Shown here in pieces: positions 39,462-50,673 of a stretch of 64,000 nucleotides of DNA. Both the position numbers and the translations under genes were made by a program. Where the stretch lies: positions 224,001 through 288,000 of the forward strand of contig CAVTBU010000008.1 in NCBI GenBank assembly GCA_963733035.1, in the 5' to 3' direction. This DNA comes from Pirellulales bacterium. GTDB lineage: Bacteria > Planctomycetota > Planctomycetia > Pirellulales > PALSA-1355. The notes below the pieces were generated by a model. That model saw nothing but the letters and a program-made list of their open reading frames with translations, had not been told where the DNA came from and did no database searches. Position 1 is the stretch's first letter, and each line of letters begins with the position of its first letter.

Positions 39462-41447
39462 TCAGATACGGTCAAGCGAGTCAAACCACTGTACCAGGGC
39501 CTCAAGCTCTGCGGGCGTAAGATACCGAGCCTGCTCGCCAACCTTTTCGACTACGACCGGATACTTGGCCTCGCGCAACTGCTCGATGCCCGCCTCGACG
39601 GCTTTGGTTCGCTCGGTCTTTGTGGCCAGCGTCGTATAGAAAGCCAGCCGATGCACTGGCTCCGGTTGCGGCAGGCGGGACAGACGCGGCAGGGGAGCAT
39701 CAACGACGGCTACCGCCCGCACGATGTCCAAATTGGTAAGACCAACCAGGTACGCCATGGCACCGCCTCCTTCGTGGCCATGCAGCACGACGCGGGCTGG
39801 ATCGATCGAGTAGGTCTTGGTCGCAGCATCGATAAAACGACGGATGATACGGGCCTCGGTCGGTTGCCATTTAGACTTCTCACCGGATTTTGGAGCAAGA
39901 AGGATGAAACCGTATTGCTCGCAAAGCGGCTTCCAAAGCGCGATCAGATCCTGTTCGTCAAAACCGCCGGGTGCATGTAACCAAACAATTAGTCCATGCG
40001 GCGCGTCGGGCGTGTAGTCCGCGGGCACATAGGCAACGCACTCGTTCTCAAACTCGGGAAGCTTAATCGGCACACTACCGACTTGTGGCCCAGCGGCAGC
40101 AGCCGGCGCCGGCTCGCTCGACTGATAGGCGGGCGGCAACTTGCCCGGCAACATCTCAGGCAGTGTGCCAAGTTGCGGGTTGACCAGCAGTGTTTCATCG
40201 CCGCGTTTCACTTCCACTGCGACCGATTCGCCGGGCGACAATGTTTGCAGCGTTTCGAACATCGAACCGGTACGTTCGACCTTCTGGCCACCAAACGAAA
40301 TCAATAGGTCGCCCGCTTTCAGGCCGGCGCTGGCTGCCGGACTGTCAGGGTAGACGTAACGCAAAGAAACACCGCCCTCGGTCGATTTACCACGCATCGG
40401 CAGCACACCCAGAAACGGTGTCACATAGGGGTCCACCTTGTCGATCAGCTCGATTTCGCGCACGATGCGCTCGTCGCCGCGGAGTGCGATGACCTGAACT
40501 TTCTCACCGGCATACTTTGGACCCAGCGCGTGCTTGAGTTGGGCCTGACGCTCGATTGTCTGACCGGCGAGCTCAACGATCTTATCTCCCGCGCGAAGGC
40601 CCGCCTTGAAAGCCGGTGCGGTGGCAGCCGCGGCAGCAATGACCGGCTGCGTACCAAAGAGGTCGTCTCCCTTGAGCGAAATGCCAAGCAGCCCCTGGTA
40701 GAGGTCCTGGCCCTGTTTCATTTGCGGCAACACTTGCAACACGGTTTCAAGCGGGATTGCGAAGCCGATTCCGGAGTCGTACCATTCGACGCCGGCCACG
40801 TCGCCGCTGCCTTGGGGCGACATTGGCACAAGCACTCCCAAGACCCGCCCTGTGATATCCACCAGCGGCCCGCCGTAGTTGTTCGGGGAGACCTTGGCAT
40901 CGGTTTGGATTGCCTTGCCCCAGATGCGATCGAGCGCGCTGACGATGCCCATCGAGACATTTGGCCTCTCGGCCTCGAAAGTGCGCCCCACCGCCAGCGC
41001 CCATTGACCGACATGCATCTCGCCGATCGGCACCGGCTCGGCAGGCACGAGTTCGTCTTCAACATCAACTTTCAGCAAAACGACCATGCGGCTGTGGTCC
41101 GTGGCCACTAGCTTGGCCGCGTGCCGCTTGCCACCTGGCAACGTCACCAGAATCGAGTCGGGCTTTTGAGCAAAATTGAACGCGCTGGAAACGATGTAGC
41201 CATCGGACGAAACGACCAGCCCAGTTGTTGGCCCCGTACCAACGAGCATGCGCCCTAACCGTTCCAGTCCACCCACGGTTTCGATACGCACAACCGCCGG
41301 CGCCGCGCGCTCGACGGCCGCCTGCAAGGCCCGCTCTTCGCGCTCGGAAATCGACTCTTGCGCATGCGCGGTGCCAATTGCAACCACGGCAAGCATGGCA
41401 GCGCACAGCAATTCCCGTCCGAATCGATTTATGTTGCGAGTCATCAC
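39462..41447 (-). CDS. HtrA-fold pseudoprotease + 2 PDZ + alpha/beta-hydrolase-like domain
   Basis: Signal peptide, IQTDAKVSPNNYGGPL (Ser absent), PDZ motifs AGLRAGD and AGLKAGD, DPARVVLHGHEGGG. Confidence 0.85.
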   Translation of the reverse strand: MMTRNINRFGRELLCAAMLAVVAIGTAHAQESISEREERALQAAVERAAPAVVRIETVGGLERLGRMLVGTGPTTGLVVSSDGYIVSSAFNFAQKPDSILVTLPGGKRHAAKLVATDHSRMVVLLKVDVEDELVPAEPVPIGEMHVGQWALAVGRTFEAERPNVSMGIVSALDRIWGKAIQTDAKVSPNNYGGPLVDITGRVLGVLVPMSPQGSGDVAGVEWYDSGIGFAIPLETVLQVLPQMKQGQDLYQGLLGISLKGDDLFGTQPVIAAAAATAPAFKAGLRAGDKIVELAGQTIERQAQLKHALGPKYAGEKVQVIALRGDERIVREIELIDKVDPYVTPFLGVLPMRGKSTEGGVSLRYVYPDSPAASAGLKAGDLLISFGGQKVERTGSMFETLQTLSPGESVAVEVKRGDETLLVNPQLGTLPEMLPGKLPPAYQSSEPAPAAAAGPQVGSVPIKLPEFENECVAYVPADYTPDAPHGLIVWLHAPGGFDEQDLIALWKPLCEQYGFILLAPKSGEKSKWQPTEARIIRRFIDAATKTYSIDPARVVLHGHEGGGAMAYLVGLTNLDIVRAVAVVDAPLPRLSRLPQPEPVHRLAFYTTLATKTERTKAVEAGIEQLREAKYPVVVEKVGEQARYLTPAELEALVQWFDSLDRI

Positions 41448-42517
41448 GGTTGCACGGCTCCGTTATCGCTCTTGAGCTCCACTTCCACCAGCTCCTGACC
41501 GCGCATTAGCACGAGCCGGAGCGTAGCGCCATGCTCGACGTGTGCCAATTCGTCTCGGAATCCCTGGCACGAATGCACCAGGTGATCCCCGAGGAAGACA
41601 ATCAGGTCATCCGGCTGAATGCCCGCCGCAGCTGCGGGCGAGCGAGCGCGCACCAGGTCAACATAGGGGGGCGTACGCTCCAGCACGTCGGGCACCAGCA
41701 CCAGCCCCAGGGCGGCCAAATCAACCGCTTCGGCAGGCTCCAGCGGTGGCTGGTCTTCCGATGGCCGAAACTTGCCGGCCAGGATTTGTTCGATCGAGTT
41801 CCGCAACTCCTCGATCGGTATTGCGTAGTTCAGCCAAATGTTGTTCTGCGCGCTGCGGAGTTCCTTACCAAGCATGCCCAGCAGTTCACCGTGTTGATTG
41901 ACAAGGGCGCCGCCGGCCGCGCCTGGGTTATTGGTCATCGCGTCGAGCACGTAGACCGACCCCGTGTATGGCGACTCAAACACGCCGCGCCTGGCATCGA
42001 GCCGGGTCTTCACAGCAACTACGCCATGCTGCACGCTGGCCGGTTCGTCGCCGGTCGCCACGCCAAACAAGTTGCTGAAGGCCAACACGCGGGTACCGCC
42101 GCCAGCCGGCACGGCCGCGGCCAGATCGAAATGGGGTAACTCTTCGGCTTCGATCTTCAATACGGCCAGTTCCAACCGCGGATCAGCTCCCAACAATTTC
42201 GCTTCAAACCGCCGACCATCATCAAGCGTGGCCGTGACGTAATCCGTATCGAGCACATAGCTCCAAACCGTCAGCACGTGCCCCGAGGCGGAAATCAGAA
42301 ATCCACTCTGATACGGCTCCAGGCCGCTGATTCCACCCGCGCCGTAGATCTTGACCATCTTTGGCTGGTTCTCGTCAATCATGGCTGCAAACGAGTCCGC
42401 CGCGCTAGCCCGCCCGACAAGCAGCGCCGTCAGCGCCCAGGTGACTGCCGCGAGGCGAACCCCTGCGTTCCCTATTGCCTTACCTCGGTCGTTTGTCCTT
42501 CGCAATTCACTCCCCAT
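41444..42517 (-). CDS. HtrA-fold pseudoprotease + PDZ
   Basis: QSGFLIS, LDAMTNNPGAAGGAL (Ser absent), PDZ SPAAAAGIQPDD. Confidence 0.85.
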   Translation of the reverse strand: MGSELRRTNDRGKAIGNAGVRLAAVTWALTALLVGRASAADSFAAMIDENQPKMVKIYGAGGISGLEPYQSGFLISASGHVLTVWSYVLDTDYVTATLDDGRRFEAKLLGADPRLELAVLKIEAEELPHFDLAAAVPAGGGTRVLAFSNLFGVATGDEPASVQHGVVAVKTRLDARRGVFESPYTGSVYVLDAMTNNPGAAGGALVNQHGELLGMLGKELRSAQNNIWLNYAIPIEELRNSIEQILAGKFRPSEDQPPLEPAEAVDLAALGLVLVPDVLERTPPYVDLVRARSPAAAAGIQPDDLIVFLGDHLVHSCQGFRDELAHVEHGATLRLVLMRGQELVEVELKSDNGAVQP

Positions 42518-44346
42518 CCTGCGGCCCCTCCACGTTGAACCCGTAGTGTTTCACGAGGAACAGATAGCCGTAGCCGTCACCATGCCGCACCTCAATGCGG
42601 CTGGGAAGCCAACGACCGGAAAACTCCTGGAAGTGATCGAAATACAATTCGCACGGGTCGACATCCAACTCGGGCGTCATATCCATCGCGATCAGATTGC
42701 CATCGACCGGATCGCAGTAGAACCGGCACTCGACGTCGTCGTACGACGCCTCTAGCACGTCGCAAAGTCCTTCCTTCCCGGCGATCGGCATCGTCCCCAG
42801 GTACGTCACCTGCCCAAAGTTCTCGAGGCCTTCAACGAGCAACCGCCGCCACGTGGCCAGCGAAGCGAGCAGTCCACCGCTGCCAGGCGGCTCGCGATGG
42901 TTCGACAGACCGCCGGTCAGCTCCACGCGCAGTTCGCCGGCGGGCAATTTGAGCGCCGCCTCGTCCGGGGAAAACTCGAGCCGAAACTCCTCTTGCGCCG
43001 GTGAGTCCGGTGAGCGTCCACACGCCCTGGCAGTCGGCATAGCCGCCCCGACCGACGATTCCCGCCCAAACTCGCTCGCGCTCGAGTTGGTTGAAGTAGT
43101 AGTTGACGTATCCCGGCTTGGCGATGAAATGCTGTTTGACGATTTCGGGCATCGGTGGTGCCTTCTTGCGTGCCGGCCGCGGCATCGGAGTTGGCTCTTC
43201 GCCCGGCTTTCCACCTGGTTCTCCCTTTGGCAGTTCTCCCGGCTCGGGCATTGGGCCATGCGGATCCTGCTGTTCGGCTTTGATCATTTCCTCGAGTTCG
43301 ATTTGAGCATGCACTCCGCGAAGCCGCACGAGCACATCGTACCGCTCACCTTGCCGCCGAAACGATAGTGGCACGCGCCACCCGCGCGGAAAGATGCCGA
43401 GCACGTTCTTGAATTCGTTGACCGTGTCGATCGAGCGGCCACCGAAGGCCACGATCTCATCCCCGTAGCGCAGGCCGCGACGATAGGCGTCCGATTCTTC
43501 GAGTATATCGTCGACGATCACGCGGCGATTCTCATCGCTACGCACGACCGCCCCGAGCGTGGCATGATCGGCAATCCGACCGCTCTTCAGATGGCCGAGA
43601 AAATTCTTGATCTGGTTGATGGAAATCGCGTAGCCCACGCCGACATTCACGCGGCCCCGCTTTTCGAACGAACCTCGGCCGTTGATGCCGATCAACCGCC
43701 CTTGATCGTCAAACATTGGACCACCGGAGTTGCCGGGATTGATTGCGGCATCGGCCTGAATGCAGTCGGTGTATTCCAGAATCGTGCCGGCCGGATACTG
43801 GTAGCGATGCACGCCCGAGATCACGCCGTAGGCCACCGTCGGCTGAAAGTCGGTCGCCAGCAAGAACGGATTTCCGATCGTGAAGCACCAGTCGCCCACG
43901 CGCACGCGATCACTATCGGCCAGCTCGGCCGCCGGAAAATCGGTGCGGCCCAGCAGCTTGATCAGGGCCACGTCGCCGGTCGGATCGAGCCCCACAATCA
44001 CCGCGTCGTAAAGTTTGCCGTCAGCCATGCCGCATTGCATCGCGTCGCCGGTGGCGCTGGTGACGTGGAAGTTCGACAGGGCGTAGCCATCGGGCGAAAT
44101 GACGACGCCCGAGCCGCCGCCCTGTCCGCCCGGCGAGAACACCGCCAATGTTGAGGCGACGCAGCGCTTCACAACGGCAATCCGCTCCTGCTCCGCCTTC
44201 AGTACGGCCGGATCGACCTGAGCCATGCCAAATGATGGCAACAACAGCAGCGCCGCAATGGCAGCCAGATTTCGCATGCTAATCAACCGCATTCCGCAAT
44301 TCCTCCGAACGTGCTTGTCCCTGCGCCGCTGGATTAGGTCCTTCAT
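42507..44346 (-). CDS. HtrA/DegP-like serine protease + PDZ + C-terminal beta-rich domain (frameshift near 42997)
   Basis: SNFHV, GDVALIK, INPGNSGGP triad; reading continues in ORF 42507..43259 (QEEFRLEF...) after a frame change. Confidence 0.85.
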
Positions 44347-45545
44347 TTCGTCACTTGAGCGTCGCCCAGATCGAGCCGATCGCCCACGTCGAGCCCTTCG
44401 CCATAGTCGGCCAGGATTTCCAGCCGCCGGGCTCCGGCGATTTCAAGCTCCAGTGGCAATGGTGGATCGGTCCCCTTGACTTCACCGTGCCACAACACTT
44501 TGCCGTCGCCGGAAATCGTCAGACGCACGCTCCCTGTCTCACGAGTCGAGTCGTCGATACCCACGATCGTGCGGAATAATCGAAAATTGCCAGGGAGTTT
44601 GTAAACGAGCTCAGTGCGGGAAGCCAGCGCCAGGCCCTTGCGAAACACCTGGCCATCGAGCCGCAAGGGGCTTTGCTCGAAGCCGGTGTCGCGTCGGTAT
44701 TCGTAGAATCCCAGTAAGCCTTGGGGTGGCTTCTCAAAACCGAAGAGCGGAGTAAACGTCACGCTTTCCGGCTCCAGGTCGCTCAGGTAGACAATCTTGC
44801 CGGAGGAAAAATCGAAACGGGCCACGTCGACGAGCGGCATTGCGTACGTCGTACCGGCAGTCGTTGCGACTTTCAACACGTCGTCTGTCAGTTCGACCGA
44901 CCGCATGGCAAGTCGCGTTCCGTCGGTAGCTACCAACTTCCCAATGGACTCGGGCAATTCCATTGCTCCGGCCTGCGAATAAGCGATGCCCGCGATCTTG
45001 CCCAGTTTGACCGCAACCGTCTCGCCATCGAGATCGAACTGACACGTTTCGGAATTGATGTCGCGCACGACGCCTTCGAGGTAGTCGAGAGCCTCCTCCT
45101 TACGAATCACAAGCAGGTCACCGGCGGTTTTCATCTCGGTGATATCAGACCATTGCTTGGCCAGTTTCGGGTCCTGCTCGATCGCCGAACCAAACCGTAC
45201 CGAACGGACGGCCCGGGTGGGAAGCTCTCGCGACTTATCGGCGGAAATCCGCACCGTGGCCATTCCTTTCGTCACCTCGTAGCCGATGGCGGGCAGCTCG
45301 GAGCCGCCACGCAATTCAATCCACAGCGGTGCGCCACTGGGCGACACATTTCGCGGTGTCCGCGGGGCCAGAGAGGCGAGCGTCGACAACGGCAAGTTAA
45401 CTGGTCCCGAATCAGTCTGGAGCACGAGCTCCTTGGACGACAGTGCCGCCAGTTCGCCCACGACAGTATGACCGTCGAGCGCATGGGCCTGAAAAGGCAC
45501 AGTGGTGGCCAGGGTGGCCGTGATCAATACGCTAAGCATCAACAC
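44343..45545 (-). CDS. Secreted NPCBM/NEW2 domain protein
   Basis: Signal peptide; C-terminal VYLSDLEP, LRLDG..F.KGL, VGIDD, DYGEGLDVGD. Confidence 0.82.
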   Translation of the reverse strand: MLMLSVLITATLATTVPFQAHALDGHTVVGELAALSSKELVLQTDSGPVNLPLSTLASLAPRTPRNVSPSGAPLWIELRGGSELPAIGYEVTKGMATVRISADKSRELPTRAVRSVRFGSAIEQDPKLAKQWSDITEMKTAGDLLVIRKEEALDYLEGVVRDINSETCQFDLDGETVAVKLGKIAGIAYSQAGAMELPESIGKLVATDGTRLAMRSVELTDDVLKVATTAGTTYAMPLVDVARFDFSSGKIVYLSDLEPESVTFTPLFGFEKPPQGLLGFYEYRRDTGFEQSPLRLDGQVFRKGLALASRTELVYKLPGNFRLFRTIVGIDDSTRETGSVRLTISGDGKVLWHGEVKGTDPPLPLELEIAGARRLEILADYGEGLDVGDRLDLGDAQVTK

Positions 45546-45556
45546 AAGTTTAGGCC

Positions 45557-46636
45557 CTATTTCTCGACGCTTTCTTCGGTCGCAAGCTTGCGGAAGTATT
45601 GTTCGATCATATCTCGATAGTGGGCAGGGAACTCCTGGCCAATCTGTTGCAGTGCTTCGTCGCGCTGCTTGGGTGGCAAATCGCCCCAGCCGCTGCCGTC
45701 GCCCACCGGTTTGTTGGCAACTTTGCCTTCCCCCTTGCCACCCATCGGCATGCTATCTGGCAGAGGTTGCAATGGCGCATTTTGGCCGCCGCCCTGGGCG
45801 GCTGCTGCTGCGGCCGCGGCCGCTTGTTGTTGTTTTTCCAACTCCTCGATGAGCTTGTCGAGCGAGGCGATCACGCCGTCTTCGACTTCGCGCACCTTTG
45901 GGCCCGGCACGTCCCAGGTCGAGCCGACGGCGAATGTCTTCCATCCGCCGGGCAATGTGGTCAAGTGAGTCTTCCTTCAATCCCTCCAAGTCGGCTTGCA
46001 TCAGTCGGCACAGCGAGGCATATCGGCGCGGATCTCGTCTTCACGCTCGAGCAGCCGCCCGATGGCCGACAATCCTTCGTCTCGGGCCAGCGTGCGGTGA
46101 TAGACCACAGCCTGGTAGAAGAGCAGGGCGGCCGGATCGACCACATCGCCGGTTTTGAGCGTCGTTAGTTGCTCGGCGGCTTCGTCGTAAAGCAACTCCT
46201 GCACAAGCCAGCGGCCGAAGTACAGCCGCAGGTTGTTGCGCAACAGTTCCGGAGTTGCCGGTGCGCTGAGCCAGGTGACATCCGGCAGTGGCGCCGATTT
46301 CCGTGGTTGCGAGCAAAAGTCAACTAGTTCCTTGGCCTGCGGCTCGATCAAGGCGAAGGTCGCACAAGTCAGGTCCAAAAGGTAATCGCCGTCGTCTTCC
46401 ATCGTCGCCGTTTGCCAGAGTGCCTCGGCAGAAGCGCGGCCATTCATGTCGGCGCCCGACGTCTCGAGCCAGGAGAAAACCTGCTGCCGGACGTCCGCGG
46501 TGGAGGACGGCTTCCAAGTCGCGCGCTGTGCAAAGGGCTGATTCGGACGATCATCGGCCAGGACCACGACAGCGCGGCCGCCAACGACGGCCAGCACCAA
46601 GAGCAACGACAGACTTCGCAAACGACTAGCGGTCAT
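45557..46636 (-). CDS. Secreted helical/coiled-coil hypothetical protein (frameshifts near 46028 and 45895)
   Basis: ORFs 46001..46636, 45753..46001 and 45557..45964 join into one plausible protein ending WGDLPPKQR...FPAHYRDMIEQYFRKLA. Confidence 0.72.
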
Positions 46637-48399
46637 CGATTTCTCCCTAGCACGATGTCGCGGGTAACTTTGTGAATCCGCTGTTCCCGTTCCGCCAAAC
46701 GGCGCAGCGCTTCGAGCAATTCTGGTTGATCTGCCTGCTCCGTCTTCGTCAATTCCGCAAAACGCTTGGTCCGAGTGTTGACTCGCAATTGGAGTGCCCG
46801 GATCATCTTCAGTTCCGACAACGTATCGACGAGCGGCATTTCATTTTCGCCGCCGGCCTGCATCGGCGGGGGTTGTTGGCTTTGCTCCTGCATCTCCTTT
46901 TGAGCCTTATCCAGGGCCGTAATCATTTCCTCGAGCGCGGCGATGATGTCCTGTTCGATCCCCTGGGTCATTTCACCGATTTTGGCCTCCGCCAACCGAT
47001 CGCGCACCGTGATCATGTCGTCGCGGATCTCGACGACCGCCTCCGGAAAGGCCACGGCCGAACCTTCTTCCTGCAGCACGGCCAATGCTTTGTCGGCTTC
47101 GACGGCAATCTCCGCCTCCTTGCGACTGAGCCGGCCTGCCTCGATGACGTCATCGCGATCTCGCTGCACCTCGGGCACCTTGTCCAACCGCTGAGTACCC
47201 TCGTAGACTTGCATCTGCGCATCGAGCATCTTGCGGAAGCGGGCCTCGAGCATCGCCAACGTGCGGGCCATTTCCTCCTCGCGCAATTGCCGCAAGATCT
47301 CTTCAAGTTCGGCCTTGGCTTGTTCGAGCTCGCGCAACGCGGCTTCCTGTTTTTCGGTGGCGTCCTCACGCTGCGCCTCTTCGAGCTTCTTTTGCGCTTC
47401 CTGCATGCGCTGTTGGGCTTTCTCCAACCGCTGTTGCGCGGGGTTCTGTTCCGACTGCGGGCTTTGCTGTTCGCCTTGCGGCTGACCCGAATTTGGTGGC
47501 TCCACAGGTGGCGCACCCTGCTGCGGCTTGCCGGCCTGCGACTCACGTTCTGATTTCTCGCTTTGCTGCGACTCCCCCTCGGATTTCTCACCGCCCGAGG
47601 GTTTGCTTTCGGCCTTCTCGCCATCGGATTCTTCATCCTTTGACTTTTCGCTCTCGGAGTTCTTCTCGGCCTTTTTTTCACTTTCCTTGTCTTGCGAGTC
47701 CTCATTAGCGTCTTGCTTGTCTGGCGAGTTCTGTTTCTCTTCTTTGTCGCCGGACTTGCTCTCTTCCTCATTTTTGCCACCGGGCGTGTTCGGGGAGTTC
47801 TCCTCGCGCAGATCGTCGGCCAGCTTGCCTGTCTTGTCCGATAGGTCGCCCTGACGATCAGCCAACTCTTGGGCATCGGCGTCACGCTGCGTGGCATTCT
47901 GAACCGATTTCTGCTCCTTGATGAGCTTGTTGACTCGCTTCAGATATTCGCGAACTCGCTCCTTTTCCGACTCAATACGCTTCGATCGATCTTCGCTGAG
48001 AAGTAGCTCCAAGAGCTTGACCAAGTCGCCATGCACCTCGCTCTGGTTCTTGACGACCGCTGAAAGGCGTTCCTGCTTGAGCAACTCCACCAAGGCGTCA
48101 AACTGCTGGTCAATCGACCGCTCCTTGCTCTGGGCCACCGCCTGTCGCAAGAGTGCCGCGCGACGGGGGTCGGTGGGCGCGGTCAATTCGGCCATCCGCA
48201 ACATCAGCCGCTCGAGCTCGCGGAACCGATCGGCTACCTGCTGCTGCTTGCTGAGCAGGGGGTCCGCCGGCGCCGCGGGCGCTTCGTTGTCCGCCGCTGC
48301 AGGAAGGGACGGATCGTCCGGCTCCTGGGCCGCCACGGATGGAAGCCCAGAGAGCCACGCTCCACCGAGTACGATTGCTGCCAGCCAGGCTATTCTCAT
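46633..48399 (-). CDS. Secreted coiled-coil protein with E/K/S/Q low-complexity linker
   Basis: Signal peptide, long heptad regions; ATGA overlap with the next gene. Confidence 0.78.
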   Translation of the reverse strand: MRIAWLAAIVLGGAWLSGLPSVAAQEPDDPSLPAAADNEAPAAPADPLLSKQQQVADRFRELERLMLRMAELTAPTDPRRAALLRQAVAQSKERSIDQQFDALVELLKQERLSAVVKNQSEVHGDLVKLLELLLSEDRSKRIESEKERVREYLKRVNKLIKEQKSVQNATQRDADAQELADRQGDLSDKTGKLADDLREENSPNTPGGKNEEESKSGDKEEKQNSPDKQDANEDSQDKESEKKAEKNSESEKSKDEESDGEKAESKPSGGEKSEGESQQSEKSERESQAGKPQQGAPPVEPPNSGQPQGEQQSPQSEQNPAQQRLEKAQQRMQEAQKKLEEAQREDATEKQEAALRELEQAKAELEEILRQLREEEMARTLAMLEARFRKMLDAQMQVYEGTQRLDKVPEVQRDRDDVIEAGRLSRKEAEIAVEADKALAVLQEEGSAVAFPEAVVEIRDDMITVRDRLAEAKIGEMTQGIEQDIIAALEEMITALDKAQKEMQEQSQQPPPMQAGGENEMPLVDTLSELKMIRALQLRVNTRTKRFAELTKTEQADQPELLEALRRLAEREQRIHKVTRDIVLGRNR

Positions 48400-48424
48400 G
48401 GGAAAAGACTCTCGGGGGGATCCT

Positions 48425-50670
48425 TCACTCGATCAGACTGCGGAGATCCTTCTTCTGTTTCTGCTTGGTCTCTTGGTTTACTTGCTCCTGGTTCTCGATG
48501 ATCTGCGCAACATATCGAGCGCCTCGTTGAACGTCTCCAACTCTAACATTTTACCAAGAACGCCCTGCATCTCGACGAGAATCGCGTCGATTTGGGTCAA
48601 CGACTGAGCTTGGGTCGTCACAGCCCGGGCTGGATCGGCCAATTTTCCGCCCAGTTGTTTCAGCTTTTCCAAAAGGGGTGGGAAGCGGTCTTGAGAAATT
48701 GCCTTGAGCGGGTCGGCAATGCCTTCCTTGAGGCGGGTCTTGAGCTCCTCAGTATCGATGCGGTTGTTGATCAGCTCCAATCGAATGTCGTCAAATGCCA
48801 GGCCGAGCTCAGCCACCTCGTGCTGGCTCCGCTCGCAGTTTTGTACGACGCGCTCTACCTGCACGGCTGGCGAGAGCCGCTGAGCCGCGGAGATCTCCAC
48901 GTCCGCGACGTTGTCGTCCGCAACGCTTGCCGATGGCCCCGCGGCAACATCGGCGGGTTGCGGTTCAATTCCGGCCAATAAGTCGCGTGTATCGGTCAAC
49001 TCCTCGATCATCGTCTCGAAGCGGCGACGCAACAGCAGCTCGCGTGCTTCGAGCATCGATCGCAATTGGTCCGGCGTCACAACATCGAGCACGTAATGCT
49101 GACTACTGCCGACATTGGGTCCGCCCGGCAAGGAACACGCGTCGGCCGCCTGTACTGCCCAGTGAAGCCGCTGTTTGGGCACGAGCTTGAGATCGGCCAG
49201 CTCCATCGCGCCATTGAGCGTCAACTGCTCCTCACCGCTGGCCACGGTGTCGAACGGCCGCTGCTGGGGTTCGGCTTCGTCGACGTGATAGTCGAACCAA
49301 ATCCGCGACACGCCATAGTCGTCGGTCACCTCGCCACCGGCAGGCAGACGTGCCGCGGGAGTGATGGCCGTGCCGATCCCCTTGAGCGCGACGTTCAACT
49401 GCGGCGGTTCGTCAGCGACTGCCGATAGTGTGAGTCGCACAGCGTCGCGGCTCTTGATGCCATCGGTGTCGCTAAGTGTGAACAGCAGTGTCTTGTCAGC
49501 ATCGAGTCGGCCAATGGCAAACTGGAAATGCTCTTGCGCCTGACCCGTTTCGGCGGCGAGTTCGATGCGGTGCGTCACCGGCGCGGCCTCCTCGGCCACG
49601 TCGTCGATCTGTACGGCAACGAGGGGCTTGTTGGCTTTGGCAAGAATAGTGATCTGTGTACCGCGCGGCACCTGCATCAGGCCGGCCACCGGAATAGCAC
49701 GGGTCGAACGATGCATGTAGCTCGGATACTCGCAATGGAGTGTCATGTTGCTGATCGTGGGACTATCAACAACATCGAGAAAGTACGGGCCTTCGCGATC
49801 GTCGCCGCCGGACACGTGAAACTCCAGCGGCGCAAGGACACTCTTGAAGGAGTAGGCATATGGTTGAACCTGTCCCTCGCCTCGCGGCACTACGCCTTCG
49901 CGGCTCATGTTTTCGCGGCCACGCACACCCTCGACGGTACGATAGCGAACCTCGACAACTTCCGGGACGACATTTCCCAATGCCGCATTGGCATTAACCA
50001 CCAGATCCCAATCGCTGCCACGGGCGATCTTCACGCGTCCGCTATCGCCAAAGCCGTCAACCGAGAGATGCGTCTTGCGCGGCCAGAGTTCGCTGGACAG
50101 CAACAAGCTCCGACTTGCCCAGGTGGCAAGGGCCGAGGGAGCTGCGACGGCAAACAGGCCCACTGACAACACTAGCGCCACGGCCAGACTCGCTCGTCGA
50201 ACCAGCGGCGCGTTGTTGAACACCGCGCCAAGATGGATCTGGTTCGCACCTGTCAAGGCCTGACGATGCGCCCGAGCCAACATTTCGGGGTTAAAGTCAG
50301 CCGCATGGTCCGGTCGCTCGGACAATTCGACCGACGTCAACAAGCTGTCGTGAAATTGCACGAAACGGCGCTCCAACAGCACCGCCATATTGCGGTCGTG
50401 CAATCGAACCAAGAGGCGAGAGAACAGGAAGCGGTAGACAACGTATCCGAGCGCTGCGCCGGCCGCCGCGAGCAGCACGATGCGCAACGGCACTGGCGGC
50501 TCGACCAACCAATCAAACGCCAAACTCAGCCAGAAGGCTACACCCAACAGCACAAGCGCGGCCGCCAGGCCATCCGCCCAGACATACGCGCGAATCCGTC
50601 GGCGCAAACGGGCAAGCAGCGATTCGATCGCCGGCGCGAGCTTCGTGTTGGGTTCAACGTCGGTTGCCAT
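48425..50670 (-). CDS. Membrane protein with 3 N-terminal TMs, Ig-like repeats and C-terminal coiled coil (frameshift near 48506)
   Basis: TM helices, DDYGV motif; the corrected frame ends QIIENQEQVNQETKQKQKKDLRSLIE* at 48425. Confidence 0.75.
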
Positions 50671-50673
50671 GGT

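Noticed and set aside
47430..47800. Tandem repeat or CRISPR-like array in the low-complexity stretch
   Set aside because: Encodes an E/K/S/Q-rich protein linker; no fixed-length repeat-spacer pattern.
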